Positions 28,060 to 37,420 of a stretch of DNA of 64,000 bases are shown piece by piece (the stretch's first letter is position 1; the number at the start of each line of letters is the position of its first letter). Origin of the DNA: a virus (taxonomy: Duplodnaviria > Caudoviricetes); the IMG/VR virus record IMGVR_UViG_3300010348_001841. The stretch is one strand, 5' to 3'. Below the pieces are notes generated by a model. The model worked only from the letters and a program-made list of their open reading frames with translations. It was not told the origin of the DNA and made no database searches. Both the position numbers and the translations under genes were made by a program.

Positions 28060-28459
28060 ATGTAAATTTGAGAGCCCAGCTATCCTTGCGGCCTCGCTGG
28101 ATTGTCTCGATAAGGCAAGTCTTAGACCATACTTCACGGTAAATCTGAGTCTGCTGAGCAGCGCCGCTACTTGGGACTCGAACCTTTCGTCTATCTCAAA
28201 ACTTGTAATGAGCATAAGGCGTGCGTTTCCTGTTGGTCAGTTATTCCCCTCCTGGGACCAATCCGCGCCTGGGATCGGGGGGCCAGATGTTGTCTGCACA
28301 GAAACGCCTACATCATACGTTGCACCGTAGTGCTCAGTAGTTTTCGACAACCCACGCCTTATGCTCACTAAAATTTGGTGGAGATATTGGGCCTACGTAG
28401 TTACCCAACCCACCCGGGTTTCCCACGGATGGTGCTTTCACGATGCATAACCCCTAAAA

Positions 28460-28534
28460 TGGTGGACCGTAAGGGACTCGAACCCTTATTACCGAGTTGC
28501 AAGCCCGGTGTAATTCCCCCTATACTAACAGCCC
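28460..28534 (-). tRNA. tRNA-Ala(TGC)
   Basis: Loop CTTGCAA, G3:U70. Confidence 0.9.
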
Positions 28535-28542
28535 ATAAAAAT

Positions 28543-28629
28543 TGGCAGGCCCTGGTGGGATCGAACCACCGAAACCAGACTGGTACCTGTTTTGGAGACA
28601 GGCGGGTTTGTCCGCTTCCCTAAAGACCT
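28543..28629 (-). tRNA. CCA-anticodon (Trp) tRNA on a Tyr-like long-V-arm body
   Basis: Loop CTCCAAA, D region GGGAAGCGGACAAACCC, V-arm, G73. Confidence 0.75.
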
Positions 28630-28634
28630 ATAAA

Positions 28635-28721
28635 TGGTGGACCCTGATAGATTTGAACTATCGAAACCTGTGGTGCCGGATGTACATGCCCGGTGGGTTT
28701 GCCCGCTTCCCTAAGGGATCC
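28635..28721 (-). tRNA. Tyr-like tRNA with 8-nt anticodon loop
   Basis: Loop CATGTACA; paralog of 28543-28629; A73, CCA. Confidence 0.6.
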
Positions 28722-28730
28722 ATTGAAACT

Positions 28731-28814
28731 TGGTGGAGCGTTCAGGTAACGATCCTGACTGGCCTTGACGACAGTTTTACAGACTGCCCCACCTCCTTAG
28801 TGGTCTACCGCTCC
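28731..28814 (-). tRNA. tRNA-Tyr(GTA)
   Basis: Loop CTGTAAA, V-arm, CCA. Confidence 0.85.
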
Positions 28815-29357
28815 TAATTCTATAACATAGCCGGATTTATCTATAATAGATAAATTTTGTAATTTTTCCTTATCCCATAATTCTATAACAATATTGGGAT
28901 AATCCTGCAAAAATAGATCAAACTTTTTTCTATTATTTTCCCTAAAATATCCCTTTACTTCTATCAATTTTTCTAATATACCGTCTTTATAGATAAAAAA
29001 ATCTGGATAATAATATCTACCATCTGACAATTTGTATCCCTTTTCGGAATATTTCCAAATTATACTGATGGAATCTAAGTATCTTGCAACCCCTGTCTCC
29101 CACCGAGAATCCATCCTAACATCTTTATAGAAACTTTGTCTGTCACCTCGATGAGTTGCATTTTTATTTCCCATCTTGGCCTTTGCTATTTTCTTTATTG
29201 TTTCCTCAGTATGACGCCTGCCGGAAAACATTCCCTTCTTACCTGTAGTCCACGGTACATATTGTGTACGTGCTGGGTTGGCTTGACAATGCATTTGATG
29301 CATTGAGATTGAACCTCTATTGATGGTTTCTTTATCGCAAAATAAGCATTTATACAT
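28797..29357 (-). CDS. Zn-finger plus PD-(D/E)XK freestanding endonuclease
   Basis: CLFC..HQMHC; DSRWE, YYPDFF..LIEVKG; stop lies inside tRNA-Tyr. Confidence 0.8.
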   Translation of the reverse strand: MYKCLFCDKETINRGSISMHQMHCQANPARTQYVPWTTGKKGMFSGRRHTEETIKKIAKAKMGNKNATHRGDRQSFYKDVRMDSRWETGVARYLDSISIIWKYSEKGYKLSDGRYYYPDFFIYKDGILEKLIEVKGYFRENNRKKFDLFLQDYPNIVIELWDKEKLQNLSIIDKSGYVIELGAVDH

Positions 29358-29940
29358 ATTGTATTTATGTAAAACAGACTGTAAGCAGAGACAGAACACA
29401 ATAAAAATGATACTGATGCAACTTACCACCTTTCAGTGGTCACGGCAAGTCTCTAGGACTACTCCTCTTTGGCCGGTTGCCATCGATGAAAACATCGTTA
29501 CTGTCTCTATCGGCAACGTTTTCGTCCTCTACATATTTGTAGTCAACGCACGGTCTCATATTTTACAGATTCTGCTGGCATATGAGCGACTTAGCCTTTT
29601 ATACGGCTACCATGTGCATTCCGGACCTCTCGATGCCCGGACCCCAACATACCGGGTGATATATCTGCCAAGATAGGAGCCCGGGTGTATTCAGTATCGA
29701 AACTTTGTAAGCACTTCATACGAAATGCCTATCGTAAAGTACACAACAGATCATCTAGCGGTAGTAAGCGCCTAGAGTGGATATGTACTTTACGATCGGG
29801 TTTTTACCACCTGCGTTCTCTCCACAGGCTTCTCATCCCCCGACACGCCCTCATTATTAGCCGGATGTTTTTATACAGTGCCCAGCAGGATCGCGTTTCC
29901 CACACACTGCCCGTGATACGCCTTAGCTTAACGCGGAGAA

Positions 29941-30032
29941 CAAAAAACCGCCTTGGTTTCCTTTGGCGGCTTCCTTTTATAAACTTTCTGGATACTTTTT
30001 ATTTGTGTCCAGACTCCTTATAGAAGGAAGCC
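29941..30032 (-). terminator. intrinsic terminator with overlapping antiterminator (attenuator)
   Basis: GCCGCC..GGCGGT-TTTTT; competing 14/15-bp stem 30032-30018 with 29982-29968. Confidence 0.75.
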
Positions 30033-30157
30033 ATCGTAATCGGATCTTGTTCAGGATTATTCGATGTACTAAACCCGACCCAATAACCGGCGCAGAGGCG
30101 CTCAGCGGCTAAGGCCACCTTATGCATCGCGATCGATTTTGTTGAGTTAGTAAACAT
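29999..30157 (-). CDS. 52-aa leader peptide containing all 20 amino acids
   Basis: MFTNSTKSIAMHKVALAAERLCAGYWVGFSTSNNPEQDPITMASFYKESGHK*; stop in the antiterminator loop. Confidence 0.7.
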   Translation of the reverse strand: MFTNSTKSIAMHKVALAAERLCAGYWVGFSTSNNPEQDPITMASFYKESGHK

Positions 30158-30208
30158 TTATAAACTTTCCAATTATACGAAACTATGCCGACCCCATGTC
30201 GACAAAGT

Positions 30209-30491
30209 TATTTATCATCTTGACAATTTCTTGCCTGTTTTGAAGCACTTTAGCACATGCTCTAGTGATTCGTCAAGTTACACCAGTTATCTTCTAAGAA
30301 ACGAATATATCGTGCATCAAAGATATTTATCATCTGCGATTCTACACATACTTTATATAGGTGTCAAATCAACCATTCTTTGTACCGTTTTGCGCCTGGT
30401 ACCACAGCAGGATAGCAGTTTGTAACCTCCTGTTACACCTTGCTTATACATATCGTAGACCAACTGTAGCACTATTTTAGATAGGTGTCAA
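30209..30491 (-). promoter_or_regulatory. promoter cluster driving the tRNA island
   Basis: TTGACA-17-TACAGT (30491-30463), TTGACA-17-TAGAAT (30367-30339), TTGACG-18-TAAAGT (30276-30247); GATAAATA at 30331-30324 and 30216-30209. Confidence 0.75.
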
Positions 30492-30733
30492 CCGTCTTCT
30501 CTGTCGTTGAATTTACCGTGTCTATTTGGACTTCACCATAAAATAATACTTAGATTGGTGTAGCGATTATGTCTCCTTTAAACCTACTACCTCGAACTCG
30601 TATATAGTAGCGAGCACCATAAGTAATATTAGAGTAGCGATAGAGGACGCCTACCTTCTGGTAAGACCCTGCCTACTTCATATCTTTTTATCTGGCAGCT
30701 ACCGTATTACTATATTTAACAAAAAAGAAGATG

Positions 30734-31399
30734 TCAAGCCGAAGTTATTTTAAGAACCTGCTCTCCGTATTCTTTTGGTAAATTTGATATAACTTTATCC
30801 AAGACACCAATTTCTTTACATCTTTTTAAAGAAGACATAAGATGCCCCTGAAGATTCTGAGCATCAGCAACCGACATAGATTCTGGATTGGTGTTATATG
30901 CTTTCAATAGAAATTCTACCGAATAACTAACTAATTGATGTTCATTTACATCTGTTGTAGAAAACGATCCGTCGGCAAGTTCTTTTTTTATCGACGACCA
31001 CATATATATTTCCCTGACTCTATCAGATGCAACAGATTTCATTGATGATTTTTTAAAGTAACATTCTTCTAAATTTATTATTGCCTCTTCTTTTTCAAAT
31101 TCATCGGTAGAATTTTCAATTATTTTTTTATATCTTTTAATAGCTACCTCATTTCTTCGATAATCAAAAGACAATAAGGATAATTGCTCGAGCATGGTTG
31201 TCTGCTCTCTTATTGCTTGCCAGTATTTTGCGGCATTAGTCGGAAAATTTATATCATTTAGGACAGATATTCTAGCTTCGGTTTCGGTTCTAAATATTTG
31301 TCTATTTTTATATGCAGATGTTAATTCATCTGCAATGTCTAACAAATTATCTTCATTACTGAGTAAAGATGGTAAAATTTCTAATGGCAATTTTTTCAT
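30734..31399 (-). CDS. hypothetical tail-fibre-associated protein
   Basis: Coupled to the upstream Kelch-like gene; helical. Confidence 0.65.
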   Translation of the reverse strand: MKKLPLEILPSLLSNEDNLLDIADELTSAYKNRQIFRTETEARISVLNDINFPTNAAKYWQAIREQTTMLEQLSLLSFDYRRNEVAIKRYKKIIENSTDEFEKEEAIINLEECYFKKSSMKSVASDRVREIYMWSSIKKELADGSFSTTDVNEHQLVSYSVEFLLKAYNTNPESMSVADAQNLQGHLMSSLKRCKEIGVLDKVISNLPKEYGEQVLKITSA

Positions 31400-32424
31400 T
31401 ATTGATATTTTTCACACGTATTTAATGGATTTGTGAGATTGCTTCTGCCCCCAGAAACAACTGCCGATGTTGCCGAACCTGCCATTGCATTCTCACTTCT
31501 TTCTATATTCATGCTATTTATGGTTGTCCACGTAGTTCCGTTAAAAGTTAAGGCGCCAGAGGTTCTCGCTGGAGCAATACCCCCGGCTATTATTGCCACT
31601 GTAGAAGAGCCAGCACTAGCTCCACCGGAAGTTGCTACAGGTAAAGCGGTCGCTGCGGCCCATGTTGTATTATTAAAAATCTGAGTTGTGGTAACTAAAG
31701 ACCCGGTATTGCCGCCTGCAGATATACCCGAGGGTATTCCACCGCTTGCCTGTAAATTTGCACGAGCACTGCTCATAATAGGACCCGAAAGCCATCCGGA
31801 AATATATCGATCACAGGTATCAATAATTGTACCCGAAGTATTTCTTCCTCCAAAGACAGCAAATGTTGTACCTGAATTTACACAGGCACCGTGAGTATAT
31901 CTTGTAGTGGTTGGATTTGTAGCAATATTTGTCCATGTGGAACCACCAAAAGTCTCTGATGTATTTGTACCATTAGGGGACGTATTGTTATATCCACCCA
32001 TTATTATAACTGATGATGTTGTCGGGCCGCCGCCAGCAGCTGATACTCTTGCAGTAGCCATATTACCAGAAGAGGTCCAACTTGTTCCATTGAATATCTC
32101 TGTGGATGTTAGTGGAGAGGTTGGATTGCCACCGCTTACCATAGCCGAGGAACTACTTGCACCTCCGGATATATGATTAGCTCTGGCAGTAACCAAATTG
32201 CCACCTGTAACCCAAACCGGGCCAGTTACTTTGGTCGTATTTCTGAAGGTACCCATACTAATTTGGCCGGAGGTAGCAATGGGACCGTAACCGCCATCTG
32301 ATGTTCCAGAGGGCACATTTGCCCCTCCACGATAGTATGAACTTAAAGATACCGGGGCTGCTGGCCCGCCAAATTCCGTTTGAATTCCTGATTTTAGACC
32401 AACGTTTGTAATAGGTACTGTCAT
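31399..32424 (-). CDS. Kelch-like beta-propeller virion protein
   Basis: Repeats of GG..TEIFNGTSW..GNMATAR. Confidence 0.75.
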   Translation of the reverse strand: MTVPITNVGLKSGIQTEFGGPAAPVSLSSYYRGGANVPSGTSDGGYGPIATSGQISMGTFRNTTKVTGPVWVTGGNLVTARANHISGGASSSSAMVSGGNPTSPLTSTEIFNGTSWTSSGNMATARVSAAGGGPTTSSVIIMGGYNNTSPNGTNTSETFGGSTWTNIATNPTTTRYTHGACVNSGTTFAVFGGRNTSGTIIDTCDRYISGWLSGPIMSSARANLQASGGIPSGISAGGNTGSLVTTTQIFNNTTWAAATALPVATSGGASAGSSTVAIIAGGIAPARTSGALTFNGTTWTTINSMNIERSENAMAGSATSAVVSGGRSNLTNPLNTCEKYQ

Positions 32425-35400
32425 TAATTGCCCTTCAACAATAATATTTCAGACTTTAAATAAGAAATTTCGTCTTTAAGTTCCTTGATTGCTTCCACAA
32501 GCAAACCAACCATATTGCCATAGGCAACGCCTTTCATTCCCGAATCAGACTCTGTTACTACCTCCGGTAATACCTTTTCAACTTCCTGCGCAATGACACC
32601 TGCATGACGGTTTTGATTTGCAGAATCTTTTCTTGTAAATGTTACACCTCTTATTGAGGAAACTTTATCAAGGGCATTAGTAATTACTTCAATGTTATCC
32701 TTTACTCTTATATCCGAGAATGCAGTAATATCTCCGGTGGCAACAATGGTTCCTGCAGTTGTGTTTGATGTTCCTACACCAAGAGCATTCATCTGATAAT
32801 TATTACCGGTATTCAACGAATTTGCTGTTGTCGCAGTAGTTGCGGTTGTCGCAGATGTTGCACTGGTTGCTGTTGCTGCATTTCCCGTGACATTTATTGA
32901 CCATGTACCCGATGCACCAGTACCTGTTAGTGTTGGGGCAAAAGAATTATAGTTTGCACTGTCAAGAGGTGTATTTCCTGCAAAACTTGGACGATGCTCA
33001 AACCACCAACGACTGCCGTTATCATTATATACACGAGATTGAAGTGCTAGGTCCGAGCGATTCAACGAAATTGAGTACGGGCCATTGCTGTTTGTTGTCA
33101 ACAACAATGGCAAAACACCACCGGAATTGATTGTAACCGTATTGGCCGCGCTAACAGTTCCGCCGAGGGAGATTGAACCATTACTTGCTCCTAATGCAAG
33201 AGGTCTAGCGGTAGTTGTTTCTGCAGCATCTGTTACATCAATTGCTACACCCGATCCTGCTGGCTGAGATGCAATTCTCAGTCTGTCACCTGTTGTGGAA
33301 AGAGCACGGAAGACATAGTTGCCAGGTGAAACACCGCCACCGGAGTAAACACCTCCGCTTAGAGTCGAAATTCCGGTAACACCAAGAGTGCTGTTTATCT
33401 GCAAGGCACCGGTCATTGTATCACCGGCTTTCAGCACGTTGTTTGTAGCTGTAGTTGCTGTGGCAGCATTACCCGAAATAGAAATGTTGTATGTACCTGT
33501 CAACCTTGCAACAGGAACAGTACCTGTACCTAATGTCGATGCATCAAGATTTGTTACAGGGATAGAAATATTTGCTGTTCCATCGAAGCTTGTTGCTGTA
33601 CCTGTTGCACCACCGGAAATCGCAATTGTTCTTGCGGTCTGCAATGCTGTTGCAGTTGTTGCATTTCCGCTAATTGCACCAGAAAAGCCTGTGGCAGTAA
33701 GAATACCAGTTGACGGGTTGAATGTAAGTTTTGTCGAAGAAACTTTTAGTGGATTATTTCCAGATGTAGCATCAACCCACGCTAGATATTTTGTTGCATT
33801 AGTGGTTGTATCATCGGTTATCGCTGTATTTGTTGCGTTAGTAGCCGATGTTGCTGTAGTAGCGGTTGATGCATTTCCTGTTAGACTACCGACAAACGTT
33901 GTAGAAGTTACAGAGGTCAATCCTGCAAGTGTTGTAGAAGTTCCACCGAGTGCAATGTTAGTTGTACCAATTGTGACAGAACTATTGTTCAATGCAGCAT
34001 TAGGAATTCCTGTGAAATTTGTACCGGTCAATGTAGGTGTATTAGACCAAGATGGTGAGCTTGCTCCTCCCACCAACACCTGAGATGTTGTACCAGCTGC
34101 CAAAAACGTTGTCGTGTTCGAAGCAGATTGATATGGTAATGATCCTGTTGCGCCACCGGCAATATTTGTTGCGGTAGTGGCCGTCGGAACCGATCCTGTT
34201 ACAGAAACTGTAATATTGCCAGTTGATCCAGATAAACCAATATTTGAACCTGCTGTTAGACTTGTTACACCGGTATTCGTAATTGTCACATTTCCTGTTG
34301 CTGACGAAACAGAAATGCCCGAACCCGCAACATTACTTAGAACTCCTGTATTAGAAACAACAAGACCAGTAATATCGATGCCCGACCCGGCAGTATATGA
34401 AGCTGAGCCAGAAATTTGGGTAAATGCAATCAGAGATGTTCCTACTGTTATAGGATTAGGTGTTGTCACTGCCCACTGTGTATTTGCAAGCGTGCCATTT
34501 ACAATGAATGTGTAATCTCCAGACCTTAGCTCCGATGCCGGAGAACCATCCATATCTGCACTTCTGGTCAATATCCAAGGTGTAGAAACAGAACCTAAAT
34601 CGGTAACGACATAGATACCATTTTCTACTTGGTTTGACTGATCTTTGACAAGAACTCTATCATTCAATGAAAGACTTGCATAACCGCCTACTGTACCAAG
34701 AGCGCCGTTTGCGTTAGCAGTCAACGTTGCACCGACACCCGATGCACCATTATTATATGTTGAGGCTGGTAAGGCTGCTGTGGTAGATGTAACACAGGAT
34801 GCATGAACATTTAGGCCCATTGCAACCAAGTCTACGTATTGCTTTGTTGCCGCACCGAGTGCTGCTACTGGATCGGCGTTCAGGATCAGATATCCTGTCA
34901 TTGTATCGCCGGCAACATCTACTGGAGTGAAACCAAGTGCAGTTGTAATATCTGTTGGTGTGACCGATGACGTTGCAGTTACCAGGCCTTTACCGTTTAC
35001 TGTTACTTTTCTAAATGCATTTGTTTGCGGCGATGCATTTACTGTTGCAAGTGTTAGTGTATCAGTTACATCTGCTGATCCATCAAAGAGCACCGACCAA
35101 GTGGCATCACCTGTTGCAGTAATGTTTCTTGCTGTTGTCAACGATGCTGCTGATCCGGTGAATGTACCTACAAAGGTTGTGGCAGAAACAGATGATAATC
35201 CCGATAGTGATGTAAGAGTTCCACCTAATGCTATAGTAGAAGAACCAATAGTAATTGAATTATTTACAAGTCCGGAATTTGGAATACCTGTAAAATTTGT
35301 TCCTGTTAGAGTTGGTGCATTAGACCACGAAGGCGAACTTGCACCGCCGATTAGGACTTGAGATGTAGATCCGGCACCAAGAAACGATGTTGTTGATGTT

Positions 35401-35888
35401 GCTGACTGGTAAGGTATTGCACCAGTTGAACCGCCGAGAATATTTGCTGCACTTCCGCCACCAGAAATAGAAATATTCGAAATGCTTGTAATTCTTCCCT
35501 TATCATCTACTGTAATAATAGGGACTTGAGATGCACTACCATATGTGCCCGGTGTGGCATTCACAGTTGCCAGAGTAACAGGAATGTTGCCGGAAGAGGC
35601 TACGCCTGTAGCATCACCAGAAAGAGATAGCGGAACACTAAATGTATAGGTATTTACACCAGGTGTGATAGTAATATTTTGTCCAGCAATAAATGCTGTA
35701 CTTAGATATGCTGAAATGTCAGCATTCAAGAATGAATTTTGCCATTCTTGGATTGTCGCATTATATCTTAGATATTGTCCTGTCTGTGGTGCGACAATAC
35801 TAACATCTGCGAGATCAGAAAGTCTCAATGACGATGGGCCGCCGCCCATATTACCCAATTGTACATTACCTGTTAGTTTGATAGGCAT
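32424..35888 (-). CDS. tail fibre with C-terminal intramolecular chaperone (S74-type)
   Basis: T/G/S-rich repeats; FSDIRVKDNI..GVIAQEVEKVLPE..YGNMVGLLVEAIKEL. Confidence 0.85.
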   Translation of the reverse strand: MPIKLTGNVQLGNMGGGPSSLRLSDLADVSIVAPQTGQYLRYNATIQEWQNSFLNADISAYLSTAFIAGQNITITPGVNTYTFSVPLSLSGDATGVASSGNIPVTLATVNATPGTYGSASQVPIITVDDKGRITSISNISISGGGSAANILGGSTGAIPYQSATSTTSFLGAGSTSQVLIGGASSPSWSNAPTLTGTNFTGIPNSGLVNNSITIGSSTIALGGTLTSLSGLSSVSATTFVGTFTGSAASLTTARNITATGDATWSVLFDGSADVTDTLTLATVNASPQTNAFRKVTVNGKGLVTATSSVTPTDITTALGFTPVDVAGDTMTGYLILNADPVAALGAATKQYVDLVAMGLNVHASCVTSTTAALPASTYNNGASGVGATLTANANGALGTVGGYASLSLNDRVLVKDQSNQVENGIYVVTDLGSVSTPWILTRSADMDGSPASELRSGDYTFIVNGTLANTQWAVTTPNPITVGTSLIAFTQISGSASYTAGSGIDITGLVVSNTGVLSNVAGSGISVSSATGNVTITNTGVTSLTAGSNIGLSGSTGNITVSVTGSVPTATTATNIAGGATGSLPYQSASNTTTFLAAGTTSQVLVGGASSPSWSNTPTLTGTNFTGIPNAALNNSSVTIGTTNIALGGTSTTLAGLTSVTSTTFVGSLTGNASTATTATSATNATNTAITDDTTTNATKYLAWVDATSGNNPLKVSSTKLTFNPSTGILTATGFSGAISGNATTATALQTARTIAISGGATGTATSFDGTANISIPVTNLDASTLGTGTVPVARLTGTYNISISGNAATATTATNNVLKAGDTMTGALQINSTLGVTGISTLSGGVYSGGGVSPGNYVFRALSTTGDRLRIASQPAGSGVAIDVTDAAETTTARPLALGASNGSISLGGTVSAANTVTINSGGVLPLLLTTNSNGPYSISLNRSDLALQSRVYNDNGSRWWFEHRPSFAGNTPLDSANYNSFAPTLTGTGASGTWSINVTGNAATATSATSATTATTATTANSLNTGNNYQMNALGVGTSNTTAGTIVATGDITAFSDIRVKDNIEVITNALDKVSSIRGVTFTRKDSANQNRHAGVIAQEVEKVLPEVVTESDSGMKGVAYGNMVGLLVEAIKELKDEISYLKSEILLLKGN

Positions 35889-35968
35889 TATGATTTCCTA
35901 CATAAGCCGATATGAGTTATCGGTGTTTCTATTATTTATCACCGATAACTCAATGTAGCAATGTCTAA

Positions 35969-37411
35969 TCAGGATGTTGGGAATGCACCAGCCGGAACTG
36001 TAAAGTTTGCTGTATAACGGGCGTAACCTTTAGTAATTCGAATTTCGTCCATAAATCCAATAAAATCCACCGGGCCAGATGCCGGTAAGGTTCTTGATGG
36101 TCCGTAATAGTTGCCCATTGAATATGGAACTGCAATAGCAGCCCTGGTATTCGTATTGGTTGTTGTCGCTGTTTGTGTACCGTTGAGGAACATTCTAAAG
36201 GTGTTTCCACTTCTTGTTACCGCAATATGCTGCCATGTTCCTGCTGTAATTGAACCACCGGACATAATAATACCGGCACCGGGATCGGGGCCCCACAGGA
36301 ATTCAAGGCCACCGGCATTTGTTCTTAAGATAAATCCGACCAATGAAAGGGAAGATTGGTCCCATTGGGCTATCAATGAACGAACACCCGAAGTCTGCCC
36401 AGAAGTAAAATTGAACCACCCCTCAATTGTGAAATCACCTGTTAGAATGTTTCCTACTGTTGGAATTGGCGAATACACAGCACTGGTTTGTGTGGAAAGT
36501 GTTGTAAGCCACGAGCCAGTTGATGGGAAACTCAATGATCCCGAACCATACTTTACGGTACCCGTGCTAATCTGCATGCTGCCAGCAGTTACATAGTCGG
36601 ATTTCTTAGAATAATCAATAACACCTGCATTTGTATTTGTAAGAAGAATTGCAGTATTCGTAATATTTGTCAAAGGAGATGTAGAAGGTGTAAATGACGC
36701 GGTATATACAGCAGTACCATTTACTAATCTAAAATTAGAAATGTTACCGAATGCAAAACTTGCCGATGGAGATGCTCTATAACCCATTGCCGCACCATTT
36801 TGCGCAAATGCTACACCCGAAAATGTGGCAGAAGAGCTAATTAGATTTCCATTTAGGAATGCCCTTGTTGTACCTGATTGTCTCGAAACTGCTACGTGGT
36901 ACCACGTACCTGTGTTTACAGTTTGACCGGTAAAGGATGCTGTTGATCCACCTACCGCACCAATTTGAATCCCTGTAGGCGTTGCACCAAACCACATTGA
37001 TGTGCTACCAGGTGCTGTCAATGATGCATCAGATTGCCAAATAGGGAAAAAAGTGTTCGAAAACTGATTTACATAAATCCATGCTTCAACAGTAAAATCT
37101 GTTGATGCACCGATGGCATACGATGAAAAAGAAGGCATTGTTATGCAATCTAGGTTGCTTGTAGAATTGCCGCCGTTGAAGGCCATGGATGCCCAGCCGC
37201 TTGTTGTGTACGGAGCAAATGTACCAATTGTCGGTGCTCCGGTTCTCGTAATACTTCCCGAACCACCGGCAGTGAAAGTAAACGTATTGTTCTGTGATGC
37301 ATTTGCAGTACCGTTGCCATTGAGCAATGTAACCACATTGCTCCAATATGGATCAACGGATGGTACTGCACCAGTATAACCGGATCCCAATGTAGATTTT
37401 ACTGCGAACAT
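35969..37411 (-). CDS. tandem LamG/concanavalin A-like lectin protein
   Basis: Two DFT(V/I)E.W..W.H.AV.R modules; DEIRITKG.ARY. Confidence 0.85.
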   Translation of the reverse strand: MFAVKSTLGSGYTGAVPSVDPYWSNVVTLLNGNGTANASQNNTFTFTAGGSGSITRTGAPTIGTFAPYTTSGWASMAFNGGNSTSNLDCITMPSFSSYAIGASTDFTVEAWIYVNQFSNTFFPIWQSDASLTAPGSTSMWFGATPTGIQIGAVGGSTASFTGQTVNTGTWYHVAVSRQSGTTRAFLNGNLISSSATFSGVAFAQNGAAMGYRASPSASFAFGNISNFRLVNGTAVYTASFTPSTSPLTNITNTAILLTNTNAGVIDYSKKSDYVTAGSMQISTGTVKYGSGSLSFPSTGSWLTTLSTQTSAVYSPIPTVGNILTGDFTIEGWFNFTSGQTSGVRSLIAQWDQSSLSLVGFILRTNAGGLEFLWGPDPGAGIIMSGGSITAGTWQHIAVTRSGNTFRMFLNGTQTATTTNTNTRAAIAVPYSMGNYYGPSRTLPASGPVDFIGFMDEIRITKGYARYTANFTVPAGAFPTS

Positions 37412-37420
37412 GTATTATCC

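Noticed and set aside
15902-28817. Short ORF-track entries spanning tRNA genes (for example 19905-20219, 20340-20675, 28375-28623)
   Set aside because: They are translations of tRNA or ncRNA sequence with no RBS or motif
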